Below the pieces are notes generated by a model that was not told the DNA's origin, searched no databases, and saw nothing but the letters and a program-made list of their open reading frames with translations. The translations under genes were made by a program, and so were the position numbers. DNA of 49,704 nt from Octopus bimaculoides (lineage: Eukaryota), in contig NC_068983.1 of NCBI RefSeq assembly GCF_001194135.2, forward strand, positions 102,663,328 through 102,713,031. Reading direction: 5' to 3'. Position 1 is the first letter of the stretch. Each line of letters begins with the position of its first letter. Shown here one piece after another: positions 11,400 through 23,768 of the stretch.

Positions 11400-12360
11400 T
11401 CATCATCATCATTGTTTAACGTCGGCTTTCCATGTTGGCATGAGTTGGATAGTTTGACTGAGGACTGACAAGCCAGTAGGCTGCACCAGGCTCCAATTGG
11501 ATCTGGCAAGGTTTCTACAGCTGGATGCTCTTCCTAACGCCAACTACTCCAAGAGTGTAGTGGGTGCTTTTTACATGTCACCAGCGTTGGAGCCAGTCAG
11601 GTAGCACTGGCATTGACCATGTTCAGATAGTGCTTTTTACATGCCACCAGCACAGGAGCCAGTCAGGGGGCACTGGCACCAACCACATTTGGATGGTGTT
11701 TTTTACATGTCACTGGCATGGAAGCCAGCCGGGGGGGGGGGGGCACTTGCATTGACTACGTTTGGATGCTGCTTTTAAATGCCACCAGTACAGGAGCCAG
11801 TCAGGTGTCACTAGCATCGGCCATATTCGCATGTTTGCTCTCAGAGCATCCACCCTCACTACAGACTTGGTCACCTAGGTAGTGGAAGCTATCAACTACT
11901 TCTAGTTTTTCCCTTGGCATGTGATGGAATCTGCTTTCTGTCCATCTTCAGTGTTTACTGCCCCTGTGCATCTACCACATACAAAAACTATCTTCCTGTC
12001 TACCTTCCTCTGATATTGCTGCACCTCTTATATGTCCATAGTTTACATTGGGTACATCTTATGGAGTTTCTACCAACGCCTTTTCTACAGATCGAACAGG
12101 GCCATCTACTTGAAGGGGTTTGTGATTTGTCTGCCTTCCTACTTACTAGGAGGTTGGTTTTTGCTAGGTTGACTCTAAGGCCCTTCGATTCTAGACCTTG
12201 CTTCCACACCTGAAACTTCATCTCTAGTAGTGACTCAGCTATTAGAGCAAGGTCATCAGCATAGGGGAGCTCCCAGGGCAGCTTGTCTTGAATTCCTCTG
12301 TTATTGCCTGGAGAACTATGATGAATAAGAGGGAGCTAGGGACTGATTCTTGGTGAATCC
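11400..12360 (-). mobile_element. RTE-X-type LINE fragment (RT domain, Cys-rich finger, 3' UTR, (GAT)n tail)
   Basis: Minus strand PSSLLFIIVLQAITEEFKTSCPWELPYADDLALIAE..KQGLESKGLRVNLAKT..WPCSICRKGVGRNSIRCTQCKLWTYKRCS; 3' end cagctggatgctcttcctaacgcc and (CAT)n on the + strand. Confidence 0.8.
11564..11832. repeat. Four diverged tandem units of ~66 bp
   Basis: Unit gtgctttttacatg(t/c)caccagca..ggagccagtcagg..gcactggca..cca..tt.gatg repeated four times. Confidence 0.85.
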
Positions 12361-12394
12361 CTACTTCTACCTAGAATTCATATATGTATATATA

Positions 12395-15300
12395 TGATGA
12401 TTGCTTCAGCTTGAGATATGATAGCTGTCCCATCAACACACACATCACACACCATCACACAGTACAATTACTCCATTAATGAGTTCTTCGATGACTTTTA
12501 AGACCAGCTGCTGCCTGACAGGATTTAAAACACAAGTAACAGATATTATTCAAGTTTCTTCTATATCTTTGCCCTTTGGAATCTAATTCTGAAGGAATGT
12601 TTTTGTGAACTAGCATATGTCTTTTAAGTCCAGATATTGTCTTACAAGTTTTTTGACATATGACACAAGTCATAAGAGGTGGTTGGTGTCCAAGATCATT
12701 ACCTCTCTGGGCATTATGATTTTCATGTGACTTCATATGATTCACGTATCCTGCTTTTGACAACAGAACATGGTCACGTATAATATATATCCAATGTTCA
12801 CTGTTGATTATTGTTCCAATTGTTCCTTTGCGATAGGCCCTTTTAAGTTCAGAGTGCTGAATTACCTTTTCCTCCCAGGCATTGCAACCAGTCCTAACAG
12901 CACCTCTCCACTTGTTCCGATCTAGAGCATCATTTTCCCAATCACTTTTTTTCATATCTAGTTTCTTCAGGTTTTCCTTCACACAGTCTTTATACCTTTC
13001 CCTTGGTTTATGTTGTGGTCGCTTACTAGAGTTGAGCTCACCATAAAAAAGACACTTTGGCAAATGCTCTTCTTTCATTCTTATAACATGTCCAGTCCAT
13101 CTCATTTGAGCCAAAATAACATGTTGTTCAATTGAGCTTCAACGTGTCATGTGCAAAACCTCTGTATCTGGTATGAAACATTCCCACTTGACTCCTAAGA
13201 TACATCTGAAGCACTTTTGATGAAATCTCTCCAGCATTTTTAAATGACGCTTGTAAGTGGTCCATGTCTCACTTGAATAAAGAAGTACGGACAATGCACA
13301 CGCTTTATAGGGAAATTCCTCAATCTGCCTATACTCGCTTTTCGAGCTTTCCAAATACAATACTTCCCTTCCCTATTTGATAGTATATCTCTGCATCAAG
13401 ACTATCATCTCTTGACAGTGCTTCTTAGGTAAACAAAGGTGTCAACGACTTCAAACCTTGTTCCACTCACAAAATGTTTGGTTCAGAATATAATTGTCCT
13501 GACACAGGAGTAAACATTACTTTGGTTTTCCCCAAACTAATTGTGAGTTCGAAATGTACACATGTAGGGGAAAAATCTGTCCATTAAATGTTGTATATCC
13601 CTCTCTGAGTGTGTCAACAAATCAGCATCATCAACATAAAGTAATTCTCTAACAAGTATTTTGAAAGTCTTTGCTTTGCAGTTAAACTGGGTCAAATTAA
13701 AAGTATGACCAGATGTCCGAAATCTGATTCCGATTCCCTGTTGCAATCCTTGAAAGCATACCAAAGTAATGCAGCAAAATAAATAGAGAAAAGTGTTTGA
13801 CACCATTGTCCACCAAAACTTCATGAGATATCTCACCATTAAAGACTAACTGAGCTTTCATGTTTCTGTGTAGTTCCTTAAAGATACTCACAAAATACGT
13901 TGGACAACCAAGTTTACACAAAACAATCCACAGTACCTTGCTGTTTACCATGTCAAATGCTTTAGCTAAATCTATGAAGACCTGGTATAGTTCCTCTAAG
14001 CATTTCTCTTGAACCTGCCTCACAGAAAATATTATGTCCATTGTTTCTCACTCAGGTTTGAAACCACACTCTTCTTCAGGAATCACATGTGAACACACAT
14101 TCTTGACAAGACGATCTAACATGATCCTTGAAAGTATCTTCCCAGTATGTGCCAGAAGAGTTATCCCTCTAGAATTACCACACACTGCTTTTGGGCCCTT
14201 ACCCTTGTATACAGTGATTAGAATGCCATTTATCCATTCTTGTGGCACAGAAGATTCATTCCAAACTTGAGTTATCAGGTTATGAATTTCAAATGAAATA
14301 TGATCCTCACCTACTTCCAGAATTTCAACTGAAATACCATCCAATCCAGGAGCTTTACCTGATTTCATTTTACATAATGCCAGATTTACTTCTTCAATGG
14401 AAGGTGTATCATCCATGCGTTGCACTATCTCTCTTTGCAGAATATTGTTTATGATATTCATGTTCACTAAACACAGATTGTGGAAAAGATCTTCAAAGTG
14501 TTCTCTCCATCTATTCATTTTTCCAGGAGTATCTTTAATAACCTCATTTCCATCTTTTGACTTCAAGGGAACATATGATGATGAAAATTGTGGTCCAAAA
14601 GCTTGCCGCAATAAACTATAGAAACTTTTAATGTCTTTCCTGTCATAGGCTGCCTGCACTTCCTCAGACAAATTTCTCCACCTTAAAACCTCCTGAATTC
14701 TTTATGCAAGTCTGCTTTCTGAGACTTGTACAACTTTTCTAGTTGCACTTTGTTCTTAATGTCTGGGTCAAGAAGCTTCTCATGAGTGAACCTCTTTGTT
14801 GCTAAATACTCATTTATCACTGTATCATTGGAATCAAACCAGTCTTGGTACTGTCTCCTCTTAAAACCTAACACCTCTGATCCCATTTAAAAAATTCCAT
14901 CCTGGAAGGATTGCCATGAACTTTCAAAATGAACATTGCTGAATCTCTTCTGAAACAACTGCAAAACTTGTGGTTGTTTTAGCTGCACTACATCAGTTTT
15001 CTTTGGTACTCATACACCTGCACTACGAATCTTCTAACGGACCCTGAACTTGAACTTGGCCCTAACCACTTTGTGATCAGTATCACAATCAGCACCTCTC
15101 AATACTCTGAAACCACACAAATCTTGTAAGTCAGCTTTCCGAGTTAATACAAAATCAATCATGTTACCTTGCTTTGATATTGAGAGAATACAGGTAGTTT
15201 TATGTTTCATTTTATGATGAAAGAAAGTATTCCTAACAATCGACTCTTGCTCAGAGAACATTTGTAGCCAGAGCATCGCATTGTTGTTCACCTTTCTTAT

Positions 15301-16810
15301 TCTATAACACCCAAGTACATTCCAAGTACTCTAGTCTCTACCAACACATGCATTAAAGCCACCAACTACAACCAGCTTCTCATTCAGAGGGACTAACAGA
15401 ATACTTCTTCTAAGCTCCTCATAAAATGCATGGATATTTTTCTGACTAGTTAAAAGTGTAGGAGCATAAATAGAGAAAACAGTTACAAAACTAGAAATGA
15501 TCTAATTATAAGTCTCACAGAGAGATATAAGCAGCAGTGTTATGATAAAGTAGTTGTTTACTGTCAACTTAATGTGACAGACCCATTAAGAGAATCATAC
15601 TGCTGCTATTTAGCCCTAAGAAGCTAGACTGCTTCCTGTTGGCCTTGACACATTTCCTATGTCCTTATATTTGCGAAGGGGAGACAAGCTTCCCCACCCA
15701 ACTTCAGTCTGCATTCAGAGACATGTTTCTGAGTCGTCCACAAGAAAGAGAGATCCAGAGTCTCATTATGCATGTATTTATGCTTTGTGGTTGCAAATCA
15801 CTTCTAATTGCAAATCACTTCTAATTGCAAACCCAACACCACCTTCCCTTTTCTCTCCCTTTGGCTTCCCAACCCAGAATAATGTGAAACCTGCCACTCT
15901 ATCAACAAGATGATCTTCATCTGAACATCTTGTTTCAGATAGAGCTGCAATATCAATATTAAGACACCTTATCTCCTTAGTTACTAGAGCTGTTCTTCTT
16001 TCAAACCTATCTGCTTGATCTAGAAGAGTTCTCACATTCCAACAGGCCAGGTTACGAGAAGCCTTATTCCTTGCATACTTGTTATCATTGTTTATATAAA
16101 TTCTTTGTTCATTCCTGCTAAACTAACCAGCAGAGAGGACAGACAATTTTTAGTGCACCTTTTCTAACACCTTCCCAGTATATCCAGATGAGCAGTGTTC
16201 TCCTTAAAAAGGCTGCTCAGACACAGGATTCTCCACCAAAAACAGTTCCTGTCCATTGAAACATGTTAGCAATGTTAAGATAAGAACCCTGCTGCCTTAT
16301 ATGCAGATTTGTAACTGTATGCTTCCAACTGGTCAAGTCTGCATATGTTGCCATGCGTCTATCATCATAGGACTTATGATAATTGATGATTGTACGATGA
16401 TGGTGTTTTGTTGTCGACATCTGTACTTCATTGGATTTCAGTGACAAACGCTTTTACAACACTTTAGCCATTCTCTGGATCAAAATAGTAGATTCTAGTG
16501 ACAAGCAAAGCAAGATGACTAGTACTAAGTTGACTGCAGGTTTTATATTGGAGTACCTTCTCCTAGGCTTTTCCTCAAAAGGATACTGCAAGCTAGCAGT
16601 GGTAAGTCAATTTGAATTCAGAGCTTTATTCTCCTATACTGGTTATCCTAATCATGGCTTTGTTTCAAAACAGGAGCCCAGTCTGCCCCAATCAACAGTC
16701 ATGGCTTTAACAGTGCAGTCAGTTATGGGACTGTCATTATCATGACCTGGTTTTATGTCAGAGTGTCCCTCTCCTAGAAGAGTTGCCTTCACCATGGCTA
16801 ATGAGCCTCA
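12395..16810 (-). mobile_element. Near full-length RTE (BovB-like) LINE, disrupted by stops, frameshifts and an insertion
   Basis: Collinear minus-strand ORF pieces: APE endonuclease (WNVRTLLD..ERRTALV..IDIAALSETR..GVGFAI; SIYAPT; GGFNA; IDFVLT..DTDH), RT (KAPGLDGI..W..ILITVYKGKG..RGITLL; DLAKAFD; LLYVDD) and C-terminus (QMRWTGHVIRM..PK.LFYGEL..three C2H2 fingers). The ORF starts near 16085; the 5' limit near 16810 is tentative. Confidence 0.92.
15540..15800. repeat. Insertion interrupting the RTE endonuclease region
   Basis: Endonuclease homology stops after GVGFAIRS (~15830) and resumes near 15530; the intervening DNA is unrelated and includes the tandem tgcaaatcacttctaat x2. Confidence 0.65.
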
Positions 16811-17102
16811 TCTCCCCCCCACCGCCCCAAAAAAAAAAAAATATATATATATATATATACACATATATATATATATATATATATANNNNNNNNNNNNNNN
16901 NNNNNNNNNNNNNNNNNNNNNNNNNNNNNNNNNNNNNNNNNNNNNNNNNNNNNNNNNNNNNNNNNNNNNNNNNNNNNNNNNNNNNNNNNNNNNNNNNNNN
17001 NNNNNNNNNNNNNNNNNNNNNNNNNNNNNNNNNNNNNNNNNNNNNNNNNNNNNNNNNNNNNNNNNNNNNNNNNNNNNNNNNNNNNNNNNNNNNNNNNNNN
17101 NN

Positions 17103-17192
17103 GCAAGTGTCTTCTACTATAGCCTCGGGCCGACCAAAGCCTTGTGAGTGGATTTGGTAGACGGAAACTGAAAGAAGCATGTCGTATATATG

Positions 17193-17225
<33 letters not shown>

Positions 17226-17450
17226 GTGTGTGTGTGTTTGTGTGTCTGTGTTTGTCCCCCCAACATCGCTTGACAACCGATGGTGGTGTGTTTCCATCTC
17301 CGTAACTTAGTGGTTCGGCAAAAGAGACCGATAGGATAAGTACTAGGCTTACAAAGAATAAGTCCTGGGGTCGATTTACTTGACTAAAAAAGGCGGTGCC
17401 CCAGCATGGCCGCAGTCAAATGACTGAAACAAGTAAAAGAGTAAAAGAGT
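17103..17450 (+). mobile_element. SINE family 1 (head truncated by gap)
   Basis: gcaagtgtcttctactatagcctcgggccgaccaaagccttgtgagtggatttggtagacggaaactgaaagaa, TA/TG centre, canonical tail. Confidence 0.9.
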
Positions 17451-17486
17451 ACATATGTACACATTTAAAAAAATGCATATATATAT

Positions 17487-18180
17487 ATTGCTCCCCAGAT
17501 CATCACAGAATAGCTGCTGTATTTCATTGTTGGCTGCAACCTTTCCACAACATATTTTTGATCACAGAGTCTCCAGACCCCCACTGTCAGGAAATATAAC
17601 AAATACAACAGAGAATATGACAGTGTCCCAAAGTGCTAGTGGCCTCTCCACCGTCTCACTGGTCCAATCTTTGCTCAGCCTGATATTGACTGGTTGAAGA
17701 AGTGGCTTCCTTCTTGCTGCTCTGCCTTAGCAGCCAGGTTTGTGGAGACACCTGACAGCTGTACTGGGACTAACATCAACTTGTTCTGCTATGTCAGAAG
17801 TCTTGCAACAAGAATTATCTTCTGCACTTCTCTTAACAAAGTGAAGGGTCCTGTCAGAGGGCCCTGATCAACCTGGGTGAGGTAATGTGGACTCGTTTCC
17901 CTCTCTGGTGAATTGCACACTTACACTATTAACTGTAGAAAGCAGAATCCCAAGGTTTTCTGTGATTTTATGCTAAGTCCACTTTCAGATTGACCCACAA
18001 CATGACCTCTTTGAAATTTGAACAATTCCAAGGCATCTTTTGTATGTGGCATAAATAATCAGTCACATACAGAACCAGAAACATAAAAACGTCAATTAAT
18101 GAAATATATAAAAAAACTTCACGTTAAAATAAACATAAAATGATGTTTCATAGGGTGTCTGTTTACTTCTGTCATGTCTG
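17487..18180 (-). mobile_element. Tc1 transposon remnant (one TIR plus N-terminal transposase)
   Basis: Minus strand starts cagacatgacagaagtaaacagacaccc (Tc1-like TIR), then MPHTKD..FQRGHVVG..GLS..STVNS..GRAARRKPLLQPVNIRL..WDTVIFS..VWRL..LQPTMKYSSYSVMIWGA. Confidence 0.85.
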
Positions 18181-18261
18181 TGTATATATTTATATATTTA
18201 TATATATATATATACATATCATCATCATCATTATATGTATGTATGTATGCATGTATGTATA

Positions 18262-18292
<31 letters not shown>

Positions 18293-18304
18293 GTATATAT
18301 GTGT

Positions 18305-18343
<39 letters not shown>

Positions 18344-18586
18344 TGTATACATATATATATATATGTATATGTTTGTATGAATGTAGGTTTCACATTCCTA
18401 TTCAACAAAACTATTAGACTGCAAAACACAACTACATGATGCATGACCAGTTATAACAAACAAAACCAATAGACCATAAAAACAATACATGGTACATGAT
18501 CAATGAACCATAAAAATATACATTCCATACCATGTATATTTTTGTAAAACAAGAAATTTTCTGAATAAGACAACATAATCATTTTC

Positions 18587-18968
18587 GGCTGTGTGGTAAG
18601 TAGCTTGCTTACGAACCACATGGTTCCGGGTTCGGTCCCACTGTGTGGCACCTTGGGCAAGTGTCTTCTACTATAGCCTCGGGCCAACCAAAGCCTTGTG
18701 AGTGGATTTGGTAGACGGAAACTGAAAGAAGCCCGTCGTATATATGTATATATATATGTATGTATGTGCGTGTATATATGTTTGTGTATCTATGTTTGTC
18801 CCCACAACATTGCTTGACAACTGATGCTGGTGTTTTTATGTCCCTGTAACTTAGCGGTTCAGCAAAAGTACTAGGCTTACAAAGAATAAGTCCTGGGGTC
18901 GATTTGCTTGACTAAAGGTGGTGCTCCAGTATGGCCACAGTCAAATGACTGAAACAGGTAAAAAGAAT
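18587..18968 (+). mobile_element. SINE family 1, full copy
   Basis: ggctgtgtggtaagtagcttgcttacgaaccacatggttccgggttcggtccc (A/B-box-like head), short TA/TG centre, tail ending gtcaaatgactgaaacaggtaaaaaga. Confidence 0.9.
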
Positions 18969-19110
18969 TTAAAAAAAGAGTAAGCAAGAAATATGACCCA
19001 TGATCCAAAGAAGAAAAAATTCTCACAACAAATATGGGTTTTAAATCATTAAAAATAAAAAAATAACATGTATAAAGAAAGCAAATTGCAAACATCTGAT
19101 AGAATCCAAT

Positions 19111-19622
19111 GGGGGCAGTGGGCAGATATGGTGTTTTTACAAGAGATATGATGTTTTTTAAGAGAGAATTTTTTTTCTCTATGATAACTGCTCTGAATTT
19201 CCCTTTAGAAGTTAAATTAAGTTAAAATATATCACAAATATATTTTAACAACCTAAATTTTGTTTCTTCTAAATCACTGCTTGTGCTGATGTTGTTAAAT
19301 TTATTCCGGCCAGGCAGTCGAATAGTGCAAATCAATCACTGATGTCGACTGTTTTTTAGTTAAAGCCATGACTTTAATTTGCCTTGGGTTATCTCTCTTC
19401 AGTATTTCCCATTGAGGAAGGCTAAAGTGCCAGAAACAGCCATCTAGGAGTCTAACAGGGGGTGACATTGGACAGATATGGTGGTTTTACCATGAGAAAG
19501 AATTTTTTCTCCATGGTAACTGCAGTGAGCTTGCTTTTAGAAATTAAAATATGTCACAAACATATTTCAATTAACCTACAGTTCATTTATTCTTAATCAC
19601 TGCTTGGCTCTGATGCTGTTTT
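19111..19622 (+). repeat. Diverged direct duplication (19111-19300 and 19459-19622)
   Basis: gggg..ggcagatatggtgtttttac..gagagaattttttctc.atg.taactgc..aatcactgcttg..ctgatg.tgtt occurs twice about 350 bp apart. Confidence 0.7.
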
Positions 19623-19844
19623 ATATATATATATATATATATAATGGACTCTCCCATTGTTAGACAACATATGACAGTTTGACAATTTCTTACCGAACAA
19701 CCACACAGATGATTTGTTTATAGTGATCAAATGTTTGTGTCGATATAAGCTCACTCCCTCCATCAAATCGACATTACTTATGCAGGTGCAACTGGGTGCC
19801 ACATGTCAGATGTCGAAATGATTGCTTTATATATGTATATAGGT

Positions 19845-19980
19845 GCAGGGGTGGCTGTGGGCTTCCCATCTACATGGTTCCAGGTTTAGTGGCACTTTGG
19901 ACAAGTGTCTTCCACTATAGCCCCAGGTCGGCCAAAACCTCATGAGTGGATTTGATAGACAGAAATTGAAAGAAGCACAT
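19845..19980 (+). mobile_element. SINE family 1, head only
   Basis: gtggctgtgg..catggttccaggtttagtggcactttggacaagtgtcttccactatagcc..gaaattgaaagaagc followed by (TG)n. Confidence 0.75.
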
Positions 19981-20517
19981 TGTGTGTGTGTGTGTGTGTG
20001 TGTGTGCGTGCGTACGAGTGTGTGTGCACGTGCACACATGTGTATGCATGTTTAATAAGGTTAGCAGGTTAGAAATTTATTGATTGTGTATGTATGTGTG
20101 AATGTATGCATGTACATGTGTGTTAGTGTAACTCTGTGTGTGTGTGTAATTCAAAGAGCTAACTTTGCCCCATATGGTGTTACATTGATTCTGCTTAAGC
20201 ATTTTTCAGTGTAGAAGGTGTTTGTGTAATTCTCTGTCACTTACATTTTGATACCATGAAATCCATAAGAAATTCATCTGATTGAAGTCACTACATTTTA
20301 TTCTTGGTAATTATTTTCTCAGTTTTTGGAGAAATAAAGTTAAAATTTAGAAACTAAATACTGCAAACCATTTCGTGAAGAGTTCTATTTATTTTTGTCT
20401 TTTGATTGTTTGCCACCTGAGACAATAATAACAATGTTTTAACTTTTCTTCATATTACACACACCATACACAATTCAATGCTAATCTTTCCATGCATGGT
20501 TTGATTTTGTTTTACAG

Positions 20518-20625
20518 CAACATGGGTTGGAGGTGCCTACATCAATGGAACAGCTGAAATTATCGTTCGTGATGGATTATTCTGGTGCCAGGCACCTATT
20601 GGATATGCCCTGAGTCTTATCTTTG
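20518..20625 (+). CDS. SLC5A7: High-affinity choline transporter, first coding exon visible in window (internal exon)
   Basis: tttacag| ..|gtaag, 108 bp, phase 1/1; (A)[35 protein letters not shown](G) versus vertebrate CHT1 ATWVGGGYINGTAE..AQAPIGYSLSLILG. Confidence 0.95.
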
Positions 20626-20999
20626 GTAAGTTAGATTTTAATTAAGATTTTTCGACTTTCAACTAAGATTACTAAACTATGATCACACAATCATCATATG
20701 AGGGAGAAGTTGTTCTCTTGTGACATACACAACAGTGACTAACATATTTACATTTGAATCATTCAGAAAGCATTAAGAATAAGTATGAAAATAATTGTTT
20801 CAGATCTTTCTTCATTGTTTTGCATAATTTTTTCCCATACTAACATGAATACAGTGGAAAAGTTTGGGATTGTCATGTAGTCGCAACTATTTAAGAGGAA
20901 CATTAATCCTGTTGATTTTGCTGGGCTTAAAGTGCCTATGGGATTTCATGAAGGCACAACCTTTTCCATTAGACCAAACTAATGAAAGACATATACATA

Positions 21000-21055
<56 letters not shown>

Positions 21056-21422
21056 ATGAGTGTATGTGTATTTGTACCCTTCTCAGGGTCACACCACAAT
21101 GGCTACAATAGTAAGTTTTAAATTCATGCCTACGTTATGATTAATAGTTCAGTACATTAGTCTCATGGCCATTACGATTCATTCAAACATAAATTTGCAC
21201 ATGTCTTACTATGTGGAAAAAGGATCCCTTTGTGATAAAGGATTCTCTTTCCATGTAGTAAGCAGATTGTATGAAATATTTTAAAAGTCTAATGTTACAT
21301 GATAATAAAACAGGAGCTTTGAATGTATAGGGCCTGTAGAAGCTGGAGTGAAATGAGACAAGCTTGATCCAGTGTGTAACGTTGATCTTTACTAATCTCT
21401 GTTATTTATCCTTCATGTTAAA

Positions 21423-21745
21423 TGAGGGTCAGCTGAAAAGTTCATAGGCTGACAGAGATACTTTTATGTAATGTGATCATATGAGGTTTACTTTTCATCA
21501 AAGTCTCCCTTGCAGTCCACACATTTCTTCCATTGGTGTTACAGTGCTTGGATCAAGTTCAAAGCCACAGTCACATACAATAACCATTGACAACAAGGAT
21601 TTGTCTGCTGGAGCATTGTCCTGATGAAACAGGACCCCTTTCTGCAGTTTTTCTGGGCATTTGGTTTTGATAACCTTTCATAACTGCCTCAGCAACTTGG
21701 TATAGTACTCTCCATAGATGGTGTGGCCTTTTTGAAGATGTCAAT
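21423..21745 (-). mobile_element. Mariner fragment (one TIR plus C-terminal transposase bits)
   Basis: TIR-like tgagggtcagctgaaaagttcatagg; the reverse complement contains a WKKCVDCKGD-type terminus and a decayed HQDNAP region. Confidence 0.6.
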
Positions 21746-21858
21746 AAACACATGTACATACACACACATATAAAGGCATAAAACACACACAAATATATAA
21801 TACACACACACACACACACACACACCAACAGTAGAGGACTTGCTATAAACAAAGCAGC

Positions 21859-21926
<68 letters not shown>

Positions 21927-22270
21927 AATATTGCATGTTGTTGACATCGTAAAAATTTATAAACTTTCAAGAGAATGTGAACAAATTCTTTTGGGGAATA
22001 TCTTGAAGCATACACATAAAGCTATAAATGATAATATGTGAGTATTTCAAGATATTTCAAAAATAAGGAATGTACATATTTATATATAAATATATAAATA
22101 TATANNNNNNNNNNNNNNNNNNNNNNNNNNNNNNNNNNNNNNNNNNNNNNNNNNNNNNNNNNNNNNNNNNNNNNNNNNNNNNNNNNNNNNNNNNNNNNNN
22201 NNNNNNNNNNNNNNNNNNNNNNNNNNNNNNNNNNNNNNNNNNNNNNNNNTATATATATATATATATATAT

Positions 22271-22332
<62 letters not shown>

Positions 22333-22439
22333 GGATATAGATATACACATTCACATATACATACATGCACACATATATACGTTACATGCATATATATTTA
22401 TGTGCCTGCATACATACATATTTGCATACAAAGATTATA

Positions 22440-22730
22440 GTAGTAATCAAACAGGGGAATACATACCATGTGGAAATTACTAGATGTACACCATGGAGGT
22501 GAAAGAACCCAGAGTCAGCTATTGCAGATCATGGAACTATCAAGAAAAATTCCAGCGGACTTTCAGACTGAACCAAGATCTATAACAGTTCCACAGAAAG
22601 ACTAGTGAATATCCCACGATAAGCTATATGAAAGGACTTAGAGAATATTGGGATAAGAAATACCCAACATCCTCAAATTTTCATAGAAACAATTACACCA
22701 AGTTACATTTGTTGAAAAAACATCTGTTAC
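22440..22730 (+). mobile_element. Possible N-terminal remnant of an RLE-type LINE
   Basis: Short stretch SYMKGLREYWDKKYP resembles the GYMKR..WD.K.P N-terminal segment of R4/Dong-like ORFs (recalled pattern); highly decayed. Confidence 0.35.
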
Positions 22731-22845
22731 TTATATGTACTTAGTCAGGACTGATTTGTTAGGTGTTAAAATATGAAAGAGAATACTTAGTTATCAATAT
22801 CTGTTGCAAAGTATATATTTATAGATAATATTTTAATGAAATTTT

Positions 22846-23063
22846 AAGGCAGCAAGCTGGTAGAATCGTTAGCATGATGGGCAAAATTCTTAGCAGCATT
22901 TCATCCATGTTCATATTCTAAGTTCAAATTCTATCTTGGTTAACTTTGCTTTTCATCTTTTTGGGATCAATAAAATGAGTACCAGTTGATTTTGGGGGTT
23001 GATGTAATCGACTTTACTCCTCCCCCAAAATAGTTGGCCTTGTACCAAAATTAGAAACCAATA
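22846..23063 (+). mobile_element. SINE family 2
   Basis: aaggcagcaagctggtagaatcgttagc..ctaagttcaaattct..ctttgcttttcatc..gatcaataaaatgagtaccagttg..ggccttgtaccaaaattagaaacc. Confidence 0.8.
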
Positions 23064-23208
23064 TTTTATGAAATTCCAAATTATATACTGCAGCAACTTG
23101 ACCTTTTAATGATGTGTTTACATTATGTTACATAGATGGCTACATATATATCTATATATAAATATCTATATATGCACACTTAAAGATACACACACGCAAA
23201 TATACACG

Positions 23209-23279
<71 letters not shown>

Positions 23280-23505
23280 TATCTGAAAAGTTTAGTATTA
23301 AATATCCATCACAGCTGATCTTACCAGGCGGTTTTAAATACAGAATACAATGGAATGTTAGGTAAAACTGTGATTATATAACTTTACGCTCATCAGAGTT
23401 AGCCAATATGGAGGGGAATATGGCGACTGCTCTCTGTTGGATTAGCACATCAGGTCAGCTTTTATTAGCTAAGAAAAATATGTTAGATCTATGAAAAGCT
23501 GTTGC

Positions 23506-23536
<31 letters not shown>

Positions 23537-23612
23537 CACAGATGTGAGTGTATTATGCACAAGTACATCATCTAAACATATATTTGTATAAATTTATGTA
23601 CATATTTTTCAG

Positions 23613-23768
23613 GTGGTCTTTTCTTTGCTGAAAAAATGCGTACACAGGGTTACGTTACCATGTTAGACCCTTTCCAGATTAAATATGGTGAGCGAATGGG
23701 TGGTTTGTTGTATTTGCCAGCCCTTCTTGGAGAAGTGTTTTGGTCAGCTGCAGTACTTTCAGCTCTTG
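23613..23768 (+). CDS. SLC5A7: Choline transporter coding exon
   Basis: ttttcag| ..|gtgtgt, 156 bp, phase 1/1; [51 protein letters not shown](G). Confidence 0.95.

Noticed and set aside
11564-11832. Repeat array superficially CRISPR-like
   Set aside because: Units are contiguous and diverged with no unique spacers, there are no cas genes, and the context is a eukaryotic LINE 3' UTR.
18587-18660. tRNA-like sequence with A/B-box-like motifs
   Set aside because: It is the head of a multi-copy SINE; no complete cloverleaf is evident.
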